From: Azolla caroliniana
Lineage: Eukaryota > Plantae > Polypodiophyta
Assembly (NCBI GenBank): GCA_043228905.1
Contig: JBHGNT010000017.1
Span: forward strand, 13,578,001 to 13,642,000
Direction: 5' to 3'
DNA: 64,000 bases
Part shown: piece after piece, positions 1 through 13,217 of the stretch
How the letters are laid out: each line of letters starts with the position of its first letter
Numbering within the stretch: position 1 is the first letter of the stretch
Program-made: the position numbers and the translations under genes
Notes under the pieces: model-generated
The model's database searches: none
What the model saw: only the letters and a program-made list of their open reading frames with translations
Told to the model about the DNA's origin: nothing

Positions 1-2621
1 CCGTTTCTCCTTCGGCACATGCACGTACGTGATGCTGCCGAAAATCCTCAAGTGTGCCATGTTCGGCTTCTTGCCATAATACAACTCATGTGGCCACACT
101 CCTCCATTAGCAGAGGTCCGATTCTATAAGTAAATAGCCATCCTTACAGCTTCAACCCAGTACAACTTCAGCATATGCTTCTCTTCAAGCATTGCCCTAG
201 TAGCTTCTTCGATTGTCCGATTCTTCCGCTCAGCTACGCCGTTCTACTCCGACGTATATCTACACGAGAATTCGCGTCGAATTCCCTCCTTTTGTAGATA
301 ACTCGTGAACTAGTTGGAGAAGTATTCCTTCCCGCCATTGAACCGTAGACACTTGATCTTATGCCCAATTTCCCTTTCTGCAAGGGTTTTCACCTTCAGG
401 AACCATGCGAAGACTTCGCTCTTTTTCGCGATCAAGCATGCCCAAGTATGCCAAGGGAAGTCATCGATGAAGGTTACGAAGTAACGGCTTCCACCGAGAC
501 TCACATTCTATGTCGGTCCCCACACATTCGAATAGATCAAATCCAACGGATTTCGACTACGATTACGCTCATTGGGGAATGGAAGTCGGCACTGCTTACC
601 AAGTTGGCAGGCTTCGCAGACTTGGCCATTAGGGGCCCGAAATTTCAGCAAGCCGAAAACAATATTCTTCGTCTGCATTTCACGAAGCCGTGGGAAGTTG
701 ACATGGCCGCTTGTGCTAGAGGTCAATGTCCGACTCGACCTTCTATCCTTTCGCAAACAATGTGGTTCCAACTTGATTGGTGTCGAGGATAAACATCCTC
801 CCTTCACGACGCCCTTGCACAATAACTTGCCCTTCCTCTTCAATGTAGCACCTGAGGTGCGTGAATCGACGATCTGATTGACTGACACCAGGTTCTTGGT
901 TATTGTGGGGACGTGAAACACGTTCATAAGTTTCCCTTTTGCCCGATGTGGCTAAGAGGAATTTCTCCGACATGTTCGATGGTATGCGGAGTGTCCTCTC
1001 CCATTTCACCGCTCCTTGCTTTTCCGGTTTCTCCAAATACGAGAACCATTCCTCATGACTCGTCATATGATTTGACGTTGCGGAATCAACATACCACACC
1101 TCGCTCGATTTCGAGGTGTTCATGGCCATCAAATTGGCCTTGTGCTTCATTACGAAGGCTAGGCCCGATCCATTTCCGACTCGTTCGGAGCCTTCGGCGT
1201 AGTGTGATTTCTGACGCCTTCTTGCCTCTCTTCCGCTCGATTTGGCTTTGTCCAAATCGGTTCTCTTCTTCCAACACTCGCTCTCCCTGTGGCCTTTCTT
1301 GCCACAATACCAACATCCGTCGCGGTCTTCTCATGCCGACTTCCAGCACCACTATGACTCCCCCTGCTTCCAGAGGGTTCGGAATTGCTTCCGGAATTTC
1401 CATTATGCCTCATGTTCTGCTCTTTTCAACCGCCTCCATTGCGCGTTGATCCACCTCGTCCGCCACAACTACGGGGCCTATCTTCCTCCGTGTACAACAT
1501 CTTGCTATCGGTGCGCGTACTCGTTCACGCACCTGCGTGATTTTCCTCCTCGAGCAACATCGACTGAAGCTCGAAGAACGAAGGCATAATCTCCCTTGTG
1601 TAGACCGTTGTCCAGAACGCTCCGAACTTTGACGCTAACCCACCAAGAAAAACCTAGACCATTTCACGTTGACGGAGGTGAGAGAGTCGCAGATCTCCTT
1701 TATTCGGGTCGTGTAATCGGCCACAGACAGATCTTTCTATCGGACATTACTGAGCTCCTATCTGAGCTGCAGCTTCCTGGCCATTGTGCTAGCGGCAAAA
1801 ATCCTCTTGAGATTTCACCCACGTGTCCTTTGGCGTATTCGCATCCCGAATGTAGCTCAAGAGCTGGTCGCTCACACAGGACGCAAAGTAATAAAGAACT
1901 CTGCTTGTCGCTTGTTCCCAAGTCGAAAAGTCTCTGTGTGTCGATTCGAGTGTTGCATCATTAGCTCCATCGACATAACTCGAGTAGCCATGACCAAGCA
2001 GATACGGGTGCATCTTGTACGACCAAGATGCGTAGTTGCCCTTGTCGAGCTTCTTAGTCGGTAGCGAGCTTCCCATTCCCTTGTCCATATTGATGTCTTA
2101 TCCTTTCCAAAAAACAATAACTTAACTCTGTCTTTATCGCAAGCTTTTCTATCAGTTGCACAGGAGTATCAACCCTCACGCTTTGATACCATGAAAAGGA
2201 ATACGTGTGCGGAAGCGTATGCGTAAGAACATAGAGTACACGGTTCGGTAGTACGACACTTCGGTAGAACACAGAAACCATAGAGAGGGAGAGGGAGAGA
2301 CAGAGACAGAGACAGTAGAAAATACAAAACTATATTCAAAATAATTCTCTGTATGTTCTCTATGCATATTTCGTACTCAGTGAACACCTTTTATACAAGC
2401 CCCGACTATTGGGCTGACACAAGTACTGACAGTACTTGACCGCTCATAAATGAGCCTTCTACACTAACTCCCAAAACTATTCCTTACGAGGAATAATGTT
2501 CTAATGGCCTTTCAATTTAAATACCGCCACATTCATATTTTGCGTACGGTTTTACACACCCAGTCTACGTACTAGGTTACGTACCCGTTTACGCAACCAA
2601 TGTTGAGCTTGTCTCTCAATA
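1..2621 (-). mobile_element. Ty1/copia LTR retrotransposon, decayed, 5' half (runs off the window start)
   Basis: Minus-strand gag (KLDKGNYASWSYKMHPYLLGHGY), protease (WYVDSATSNHMT), GAG-pre-integrase and integrase (GGSRYFVTFIDD, KCLRFNGGKEY) pieces with frameshifts; PBS TGGTATCAAAG at 2181-2191; same family as the elements at 26664-37883 and 40623-42580. Confidence 0.92.
2192..2621 (-). repeat. 5' LTR of the copia element
   Basis: On the minus strand it starts TATTGAGAGACAAGCTCAAC (TG mutated to TA) and ends TTTTCA, directly followed by the tRNA-iMet PBS. Confidence 0.8.
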
Positions 2622-3170
2622 GTATAAGTGATAACCTAATGATTAAAACTTTATTATATATAATAAAGTTTATGGGCTCAAGTCTCCCTATGACCTTCTT
2701 ATGATGATTATGGTATTATATATATAGTGTTGGCATTCCATTAATGTTAATACGATGATATCATGTGGATTCTAGTCGATTGTCCAACATTTTAACATAT
2801 AGATAAAAGTTGGCCAAATTTCCAGACCAAGGCTCGAGCCAATGTTAGCCCACCATCATCATTACTTGTATATTATCACTTTAATCTAGTGTAAATGACA
2901 TTATCATTTTCACGACAGACATGTATTGTTTGGGTAGTGGAATCATATACTCAACACTAGAATGTTAAAAATAATCCATGTTGATGTCTGTAAGAATCTA
3001 TAATACAATTTTGCTACATTTTTTAAAAACACATATAAAGACGTTAAAATAATTAATAGGTGATATCTTGATCATAAGAGAAGTTTGTATTCCATTAAAT
3101 TACAAGTGGAACATGTATTAGTTTAGATACAATAGATGTAATTAGCTCAGAGGTCAATCACATCTTCGTC

Positions 3171-3397
3171 AAGGGTAATTAGTCACAATCTCATCCCCAA
3201 CATGTAATAATCTAGTGGTTGACACTATAACATAGACATTTACATCTAGACTCATATACTCATGTATATGGTTATTACTCATCATCAAGGGTATTTAGTC
3301 ACAATCTCATCCCCAACACTTAATGATCTAGTGGTTGACGTTATAACATACACATTTACATCTAGACTCATGTACTCATGTATATGGTTATTACTCA
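3171..3397. repeat. Tandem duplication, two copies of ~111 bp (period 116)
   Basis: AAGGGTA.TTAGTCACAATCTCATCCCCAACA...TATATGGTTATTACTCA occurs at 3171-3281 and 3287-3397. Confidence 0.9.
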
Positions 3398-4524
3398 AAT
3401 ACTTGTTCTATAAAGACACAATTAGGTCGTTTATGTCTCCCTCGACTGTGATTGACGAGGCCAACTATATTCCCTCAAGAGTACAATTTCCCATCTATAT
3501 ATATTCGTTCACCCTATCTATGTTCCACTCCATGCTTTGTTAGGGATGTGACATTCGCACAAAGACTATGTTTCCATGCTTCTAGTGAATTGAGCTAATA
3601 AATACCATGTAGTCCACGTATAAAGGACATTTATATGACTTTCTAATGGCCAAGGACATGTAGATCCTATGCTATGGACAATCCTTAACCAAAAGCCAAA
3701 AACACCCAATGTGTCTCTATTATGTGACCAACATGTATGAGATGTAATAATACATATTGTTCCAATTCATGGAGCTCGTCTTGACTGTGAACTTCTAACA
3801 TGACCATGAGAAGTTTCTTCAAAACTTTAATTTTTGTCATCATTTCCTCACATATTGTGACAGGTACCTCTAGGCTACATTATATCAATTAACCTAGAGT
3901 TGCCCATTATAAAATATGAAACTATAATATAACATATATTTAATAAAGGTCAACACCCACATTGATCTGGTGGTGGTGATGCATTTGGGTTCACTCCATT
4001 TTGGTACTCATGCTCATGAACTTGGATTTGTGGTGACTTCGCTCTTTTTCATGGGCCCGTTCTCTTGTGTATTGGCCCTTGTGTGTTTGAGGCCTTTCAT
4101 GGGCTCTCTTCAAGCGTTGACCCCCTTTGTTGGCTTGTCTTTGTGTGTTGGCAATTTTCATGGGCTCATCCTCACATGTTTGCAGCTTTTGTTGGCTCTA
4201 TTTGTGGTTCTTTTTGTAAGGTTCAGTCACGTAAAACACTTTGCTCCTCTCCTTTCTCTCCTCAAACCCCAAAAAACCCAAAATACAAAACAAGAAAACT
4301 TGTTTTTTGTATTATCTTCCCTTTCTATAATGAAAGGGTAGGGCAAGCCAATAAGATAAAACCCTAAGCATCCCTCCCTTCTTTAATGCACTTCCCCAAC
4401 CTATTTTATTGAGCTTCCAAAAATGAAATATCTCCTTTCGCTTTCTACTTGCACTTTTACTTTCTCCTTCATGGTAGCCAAGTCTTAATCGCGCCTTGGT
4501 TAATGTCATGGGTTTTAGTGAGTG

Positions 4525-4770
4525 TGTTACCACCACCAACATGAATTAACTAAAAAACATTGTTTAATTAAAGTAAGAATTACAGAAGTTTCATAAGTAT
4601 CACTAACTCCCAAAATTGGGGTCTGCCCCTCGAGAAAAAATAGGCTCCTATGCTCCTATTAAATAGGAATCATTGAAATGTCAAACGTTCACTAATTGAA
4701 ACGTTTGTACTTCCAAGGTTCTTTATTTATAACAATTTCTTTATTTTAGGTATACCTAACGAATGTAACA
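4525..4770 (-). repeat. 3' LTR of the chromovirus
   Basis: TGTTAC...GTAACA; aligns with 9081-9317; carries an extra 8-bp GCTCCTAT duplication. Confidence 0.93.
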
Positions 4771-4879
4771 CTCTATCACCAGGGGTGAGAGTTTCGACCA
4801 CGAAACTAATGCATGGTGACAACATTTAGCCCCCCGTGTTAACTATGGTTTAGTGGCTCCATTAACCACTCGAAACTTG

Positions 4880-7800
4880 CTTTCCGTAGCACCTCCTCAA
4901 TAACCCACGAAGCTTCCGCCAATGATCGCCCCTACCACTTGATCAGGTAGTGTCTTCTCCCTCTACGAACTTGTGTCTTTAATATGGCCTCTAGTTCATA
5001 TGGCATGTTATTGGTTGCCTCACGACCCCATGTTTATCTGTATGAAAATGCTTTAAAAGTAGGCTGACATGAAAAACATTGTGGATTTTGGAGGTTGTAG
5101 ATAGTTGTAATTTGTAGGAGACGTTGTTGATCAGTTTTGTTATCTTATATGGGCCATAGTAGCTGTGATTCAACTTCTGTGTGAGACCTTGAGAACGACC
5201 AATTAACCGCACTGACTAATACTAAGTCTCTTGGTAAAAACTCCACATGTTCACGTTAATCAGCTGAGACTTTGTCTTAGTCAAATGCACTTGTGTTACT
5301 TGCATTCTCTCCTTCCATTCTTCTAAAAACTTGACTACATCCAACTCTTCTACTTGTGTTTTGTTTGTAGTATGTAATAAGGCAATCGGCATGAGTACTT
5401 CTTTGCCCATTGATAGCTCGAATGGAGAGAAACCCATTGTTGACTAGATAGCTGCGTTGTAGCAGAACTCAAGTATGTCAAGATGCCCCACCCAATCTGC
5501 CTTGACGTAACAACGAATATAATCTTCGATGCCCTAATTAAGCCGCTCAGTTTGTTCATCAGTTTGAGGATGTGCCAATGTTGAGATACGGAGTTGCATG
5601 GCCAAAATCCACTTGTGAACCTAGGATCCCTATCAGACACGATGATTTCCGGTAATCCATGATACTTAAAAATATATTTGAAAAACAATTGAGCTATGTG
5701 ATTGGTTGTCAAAGGCAGCTTTGCAGTTATGAAATGAGCTTGTTTTGAGAAGAAATCCACGACCACCATCAACGTATTGTATCCTTTGGAGGGAGGCAGA
5801 TCAACAATGAAACCCATACTAATTACATCCCATGGGAGAGATGGAATTGGCATATGTTGGAGTAGACGGAAGGCTTTGCCTCGTCTTGCCTTCACTACTT
5901 GACAGACTTTGCATGAGCATACATAGTCACTAATTTCCTTCTCCATTTTAGGCCACACGAAGTACTTTTTTGGGTCCCTTAATGTTCGTTTTTGTCCTCC
6001 ATGTGTCAATCGTGTACTTCACGTAGTATTTTGGCCTTCAGTTGTATATTATTAGGAATTACTACCTTATCTTCACTCCATAATAGCCCATCTTGCAGCC
6101 TGTATAATCCGTGAGCCGTTTGTCCACTTTCTACTTCGTCTATTAATTGTTGTACTACTGCATCATTTTCTTGAGCTTGCCGAAACTCTTCGATCCATCC
6201 TTGAACCGTGATGACGGACATGTGATGAATCTATGGCAGCCTACTCAATGCATCTGGTAGTGTGTGCAACTTCCCCTTCTTATGCACAATTTCTATATCA
6301 AACTCAACCAACATGTCTTGCCACCATATCTGTTTTGTTGATAGTCTTGGTTGTGATTGAAAGTATTGTAGGGGTATGTTATCAGTCACTACCTTTGTCA
6401 AATTATCCTACACATAATGTCTCCACTTCCATAGAGCATATACTACAACGAGCATTTCTTTCTCGTGGGTAGGCCATCTACTTTCTATTTTTGAAAACGT
6501 TTTTGACTCGTACACAATTGGATGACCATCCTGCATAAGGGCGGCCCTATACGCATAATCCGCCTCCTTCAACGGGTCAAAAGCATGTTGTTCTATTTCG
6601 GACCACTTAAACACATGTGAGCTTTTGATAAGATTTGTGAGAGGAGCGGCAATTGCACTAATTTTTTAATAAACTTCCTGACATACTGTACATAACCAAT
6701 GAATTGTTGTACCTTGATTGCTTTGGTGGGTCATGGCCATTTCCGAACTACTTCCACCTTGGTGGGATTCATCTTTAGCCGACCCCTTCCTACTCGAAAT
6801 CCGAGAAACTCTAGCTCTCCCACTGCAAATTTGCATTTCTCGAGTTTGGCATACAATTGATGCTACCGTAATCTCTATAGAACTTGGGTGACATGTTGCT
6901 TATGCTCTTCCAATGACTTGCTAAAAATCAACAGATTGTCAATATAAATAATAACAAATTTATCCAAATGATCACAAAATATATCATTCCCAAGTCTACG
7001 AAAGGTTCCTGGTGGTCCGGTTAAGCCAAAACTCATCACAAGCCATTCAAAACTTCCATATCTAGTTCTAAATGTCGTTTTCTCAATATCTTTTCTGGCT
7101 ATTCAGATTTGGTGATATCCGATCGTAAATCAATGCGAGAGAAATATTGGGCTCCTTGTGACTGATCTAGTAGGTCAGGTATTAAAGGTAACGGATACTT
7201 ACTTTTTATTGTAATCTTATTGAGTGAACTGTAATCCATATACATGTGTAGTGTGTCGTATTTCTTAGCAACGAAAATTACAGATGCACCATAGGGTGAG
7301 TTGCTTGGTCGGATAAATTCACATGTTTCCAACTCTTGCAATTGTCGTTTAACCTCTTCTAATTGAGCAACACTCATGTGATATGGTGCTTTGGCAGGTG
7401 GTATGCTCCCTGGCACAATCTGAATTTTGTGGTTGATCGCTCTTTGTGGTGGCAGCGCTTTAGGTAATTCCCATGTTAGCACGTCATCGAATTGTTCAAT
7501 TATTTTTTGAAAACTGTCTTTGAACACCCAGTTGGACCTTACTTCTTGTCATTTGTGGCTTTGTGAGCAAGGCCATACAGAGTAAAAGTTGGCCGCACTT
7601 CCTCAAAGCTCTACCTGCCACCTTTGTTGTGCATAGCCTTGCTACCATGTATTTTGCTTTTGCCTTTGTGTTGTGGTTTGTATCCCCCTTGTGCTTTCTG
7701 TGCATGCTCACAATCACACCTACTTTTCTGTCCTCATTATCCAACAAAAGTTTATTCGTTTTTTTGCCAAATTGGTTAATGACAAATTTATCGATCCATT

Positions 7801-8790
7801 CCAGACCCAAAATTACCTCTAAGCCATCCATGTCGACTGCTAATAAGGGTGTTCGGCCCTTCCATTCCTCTGCTTCTATCAAGACATCAGCTACTAATGC
7901 ACATGTATTTATGAACCCCTACACAAAGTTGATGGACATATTGATTAGTGGTTGTAGTTCCAATCCCCACCTCGAATGAGTTGGACAAGTAATATAGGAC
8001 GTGGAGCATCATCGGCAAGCAATACCTCTTCCATGAGTGGAAGATGAATGAGTTGTCCCACGAGCGATTCCTCTTCCATTCGAGCTAATGGTTGCTGCCC
8101 AATTTCGATTACTAAACATACCTCCTTGATTGTTGTCGAATAGTCGAGAGCTTCCTTCAATGTCACCTATCCTTTAGACTGCGATCTTCATGGCTTCTTC
8201 ACACGTCTACGGGTTCATCTTCTCTACCTCCATCGTAATGTGAGGCCTTAATCCAAATAGGAACCCATGAAGCTTGGTAATTTGATGGAGATGCGGTAGA
8301 TGCAATGCCACTTGTTTGTACTTCTTTGCATATAAGGTAAGTTCCCCATTCCCCTGCTTTAACATCTTCCACTCATCCATGATGCGGAGGTGTTCATTTT
8401 GTGGGATGAAGTAATGGCGCAACTCTCGTGAATTCTGTCTAGGGTGTGAATTCGAACACACTTTCTCCGAACATGTACCAATGTTGTGTTGGCCCATCCA
8501 AAAAACTTATCGAGACCATTACCTACAAATCGGGTTCTACATGGCTTTGGACAAGAAATAGTTCGGTTTCTCTTATCCACCTTGTGAGTATTACAGAATT
8601 CCTCTCCCCTGAGTACATTCGAGGTTTGAGAGGCTTGAATGACCCCCAATTGTTGCGATGGTCACTCGTGTTGTCCAATTCCAACCTCTGTACCAACTCC
8701 TCTAATCTCCCCGGCCGACATTCTACGCCCATCCTTCCTTGTGTCTCCACCGTTTGCATAACCAATCCTTCTTCTTCTCTCGGCCATCTC
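4880..8790 (-). pseudogene. Chromovirus gag-pol pseudogene (gag, PR, RT, RNase H, integrase, chromodomain)
   Basis: RT ([32 protein letters not shown]), RH (HEKEMLVVVYALWKWRHY), INT (PWDVISMGFIVDLPPSKGY, IVSDRDPRFTSGFW, GPYKI), chromodomain at ~4890-5000 (YELEAILKTQVRRGRRHYLIKW*GRSLAEASWVIEE); many stops and frameshifts. Confidence 0.92.
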
Positions 8791-9080
8791 TAATCTTCTA
8801 AGTGGGTCCTCCCATTCTCCGCTTCCCTGCCATCTTCCTCACCTTTGTCTTGTGCGGTCTCCCCCAATAGGGATCCTCCTCCATCCCCAAGCTCATCCAA
8901 GTTGAATCCTTTTTGTCGCCTTCTCTGTGCCATCAATTAAGATTATAGCAAAAAAAAGAAAAAGATCTTTGACTTTGTGATTACCTTGACCTTCTCACAG
9001 CAATTGACTATTGCTTGTTCCACTGTATTGGTTTTTTTTGAACGCTTTGCCCTTAGATCTTACAACGCTCTCATACCAAG

Positions 9081-9317
9081 TGTTACCATCACCAACATAA
9101 ATTAACTAAAAGACATCTTTCAATTAAAATAAGAATTACAGAAATTCCATAAATATCACTAACTCCCAAATTTGGGGTCTGCCCCTCGAGGAAAATAGGC
9201 TCCTATTAAATAGGAATCATTGGAATGTCAAACGTTCACTAATTGAATCGTTTGTACTTCCACGGTTCTTTATTTATAACAGTTTCTTTTTTTTAGGTAT
9301 ACCTAGCGGATGTAATA
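9081..9317 (-). repeat. 5' LTR of the chromovirus
   Basis: Copy of 4525-4770, adjacent to the PBS. Confidence 0.93.
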
Positions 9318-11389
9318 GAGTGCATGGACTCCAATTTGTTGTTGTTTCTCTTCTAATTCTATTGTTTACACAATGCATATATGCCATCACAATACTAAGT
9401 TACCCAAAGGAAGAAAATTATGCAAGTCCAACAAGTGGAAGAGTTGCAAAAGTTGCCTACTAGACTAGACCATTAGCTCTACTAGTTCCTAGATCTTTCA
9501 TTGGCATGTCGCCATCCCACCATGTATCCTTAAAGGAAAATTTGATGGTTGATGAACCAACGATCATTGTCACTCTAAAAATGCAAACTTACTATTTTAT
9601 GGAACCTTTACTTCCTATCGTAGCTAATGTAGTATTATTTGGTTATATTATTACCTTTTAGTCATGTTCATACTTGCCAAATGGCCAAAAAGCTTTTGGA
9701 CTCACCAAAACGTCAAATAATTACACTATGCCTTGTTTCCGATAAAAAAATGATGGAGATACAAGAATGTAACACTTAGAGAGGAGTAACGAGTGCTTCA
9801 CACTTTAATTAGTTGTCAATGTATATCAATAAGAGAGTATAAATTAAGAATGGAGATATATAAATAACATTGAACAAATTAACATTAATCAATCTTTAGA
9901 ACCAATCACTCTTTTTATAAAGCTCCTATAGGAACAATGGAGTACCATTGGCAAGTGTCCATTGTATGCCACATGTTGTTTGAAGTCACACCTAGCCTTC
10001 TTTTAGAGTCATAATTTATACACCTTCACATTTAACTACATTACATAGTTATGCTTTGTAGGTGTTTCCACAGTCGCAAACTAGGATCATACATCATGAT
10101 TAGATGTGTAGTCATTGCCTTCTTAGATCCAATTAATCATTAATTTTGAAACCTCAACATTAATATTGTATCAATCACATCTAATTGAATGATGTGAAAT
10201 TTCCAATCCAAGTCCTCTAATATTTTAGGTCATGGTAATGTGGTCGTGTGAACAGTAGATGGATTATGCACTATGTGAACCATAATCAACTATGGCTTCA
10301 ACATCCACACCGATGTATATTTGGATAAGATTTCATCTATAATTGGGACTAACAACTTAACATAGGAGAAGAGGTTCCTAATGATGTGGCAAGTGTAAAT
10401 ATTCTATTATTTTATTGTGGTTCACATACGATCATGTACATGGACCTAGCCGATAGTTATATAAACCCAAATTTCTCAAGGGGATGTGGTCAAGTCAATA
10501 TTGGATTCATTTAAGCACAATCGTTGACGAATGTGAGTGTCATAACCATGGAGAGGGAGTTGTACTTTAAAATAAGGCACAACTCATTTATTAGAGACTA
10601 CTATCATCACTAGTGTGAGCTTGATATTATGAATAGCTTATGATGTCCACGTTGTAATGTAGAACTAAGTAGCAAAGTTGCATATGTATATGTATATACA
10701 TACATATATTTAAGGAACCACACCAAGGTTTGCCCTAAGTAAGTATGTACCATGTTTATCTTGATGAAATGTGGTGAAGACATAACATGCCAACAAAGTT
10801 TACAAATGAGGCAATTGTAATATATATATATATATAGCCTGGGATAGTGTTTCCTAAAGCATGAACATAATTCTAGGAAGATTGTTTCATGGGCCCCGCT
10901 GGGTTTTGTGATAAATCAAAAACATTATTTTCAATGCTTTCATGTCCCTCAAAAACGGTAGAGTACATGACTATGTAGCGCTTACTGTGGACACTTTTGG
11001 GATGCAAAAAATGTGGAAGGTTCCTATGGCCTCCTCCCTTGGAAAAAGGGAGGTTGAAATTTTGTGATCAATAAAATAAGAAACACACACACGTTGAGAA
11101 ACAAAAACCTAGTTATAAACATGGTGGGATGTTATGTTATGTTTTGTTGTTGTTTTTTTTTCGAACATAATCAGTTAAACTTTGCTTATGTTTGTTGGGG
11201 TTGTGGTTGGCCCCTTTGACTTGGAATGTTATATGATGGGTATTTAAAAGCAGCGAAAAACCAGAGCTAATACCATCTAGTAAGAAAGAGGAGGGAGGGG
11301 CGAGGAAATGTTAGGTGAGCGAGTGGCAACAATATCCAATGAAAATTTAACCCAAGGGAGAAGGGATGGTGCCATGTATATATTCATTC

Positions 11390-11413
11390 ACACACACAAT
11401 ATCTATCTATCTA

Positions 11414-11464
<51 letters not shown>

Positions 11465-12460
11465 GTATGTGTGTGTGTGTGTGTGTATGTAAATATATCA
11501 CCATCTATGGTAGCTTTACAAATGTGTGTGTATGAAAGAGTATAATATTAGATATTAGTATGGGAAGTAATATGTAGGTAGAGAGAAGGCCCTCCTTTTC
11601 CTTTCTCTTACTCAGCTCTCACTCACCCCACAAACACAAACATATATATATATATGTATGTATGTATGTATATATATACATATACACACACATATGTATA
11701 TATATGTATAGAGATGGATACATGCATGAGAAAACGGTGGGACTATAGGCCTAGCAAAATGAAGCCTTTGGGGATGGTTGTAAGAAATGTGTGAGTGAAG
11801 AGTATGTAGGGGGAGGGGGGGCAGACAAGCATGAATTATTAGAAAATGGGGGAGAAAGGAATAGAATATAGGGAGCGAGTTGGACAAGGTGCCTTCATGC
11901 ATGGGGCACCCGCAAGCATGGATCAGACAGAAGAAGACAGCGACCTACAATACTTACTTACTCCCTTCCAAAAGACACCAAAACCAAGTTGAAAATTCAT
12001 TTACTTTGAACACGGGATTTTAATTATTATTTTTTAAAACGGAAAGGAAGAAAGAAATAATTGGATCCACTTATCAACACACACGTTTTTTTTAATCCAA
12101 ACCCCCCCCCCCCCCACAACCCCCCTTCTTAAGTGGGATCATTACATTGCTTAATTGTTTGGAAAGGAAGGGATCATATCATCCAAGGAGATATAATATA
12201 TATATATATATTGAACGGATCATCCAGAGGAAGGAGGTAGTTTCAAATGATCTTATTTCTCTCAATTTATTATGATACAACACTAGGGTTCCATCCATTT
12301 TCATACCATACATGCACATCTATATTTATATATGAATACGTGTGTGTGTGTGTGTGGGGGGGGGGGGGGGGTTGTTTGTTTGGTTGGGTGGGTGGGTTGG
12401 TTGATGGAGTGATGATGAAACAATTTATATATACAGCTAGAAGTCCTGATCCCGTCCATT

Positions 12461-12495
<35 letters not shown>

Positions 12496-12970
12496 AATAT
12501 AAGGAGGAGGAATTGACTGGACTTGACTACTAGCGATTGAAAGTGATTTAGGTTCATGGCGTTGAACAACAAGGATAAGTAAATGAAGAATTGTTGTGGG
12601 TATGGCGCAGGTCATGGTGGATATACTACATATAAACCCACTGCATATAGGCGCATGCATGGATGGATGGATGGACTACATCTACATACATGCATGCATG
12701 CATCCATACATACTAGAGTATATAGAATCTAGAATAGTATAGTACATATTGGTATGTAGTATTATTATAGGCAGCTGTGTGTAATGTTGGTTCTGTATCA
12801 TGTAGAGTTTCTCCCCGGCTGAGGAGTGTGTGTGTGTACATACGGATGGATGGATGAGCGATCTGCTTGACATTGTTAGTTAATTAGCTCATAATTTGTT
12901 GTAGTAGTAGTAGTAGTAGTAGTAGGACGTAGTAAATGAAGCAGCATGCAATATGTATGTATGTATACAT
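11390..12970. repeat. Microsatellite-rich region downstream of the MS1-like gene: (CT)n, (TA)n, (TG)n, poly-C/G, (GTA)n
   Basis: Directly visible simple repeats. Confidence 0.85.
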
Positions 12971-13217
12971 ACATAAACGGATCGTGAGTGTCATTTGGTA
13001 TGTTATCATGATCTCCTGATGAGTCAGTCTCCTCTCCCCCACCCCCCCTCCCTTTTCTATTGTAGTTTACTAGTACATACATAAGTTTGGGTTTTTTGTG
13101 AAGGTTTTGCTAAGTTCAAAAGCCTCAGAAAAAGAACAGAATAAAACAAAGTTTTGCTGGCTAGAAAAATCAAATCCCCACAAAATGAAGGAGGAGGAGG
13201 TGTGGCTAGGGGGTTGG

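Larger units (their letters stand above)
4525..9317 (-). mobile_element. Full-length decayed Ty3/gypsy chromovirus
   Basis: LTRs 4525-4770 and 9081-9317; 5-bp TSD GAGTG (4520-4524, 9318-9322); PBS TGGTATGAGAGC (9067-9078, tRNA-iMet); gag-PR-RT-RH-INT order with a C-terminal chromodomain. Confidence 0.95.

Noticed and set aside
9900-10700. Possible MULE/SWIM transposase remnant (CDCGN on minus)
   Set aside because: Too decayed to support without a profile search
11308-13082. Many short Y/I/C/V/H-rich ORFs and a possible miRNA locus
   Set aside because: Microsatellite translations; I found no conserved plant miRNA sequence or clean hairpin
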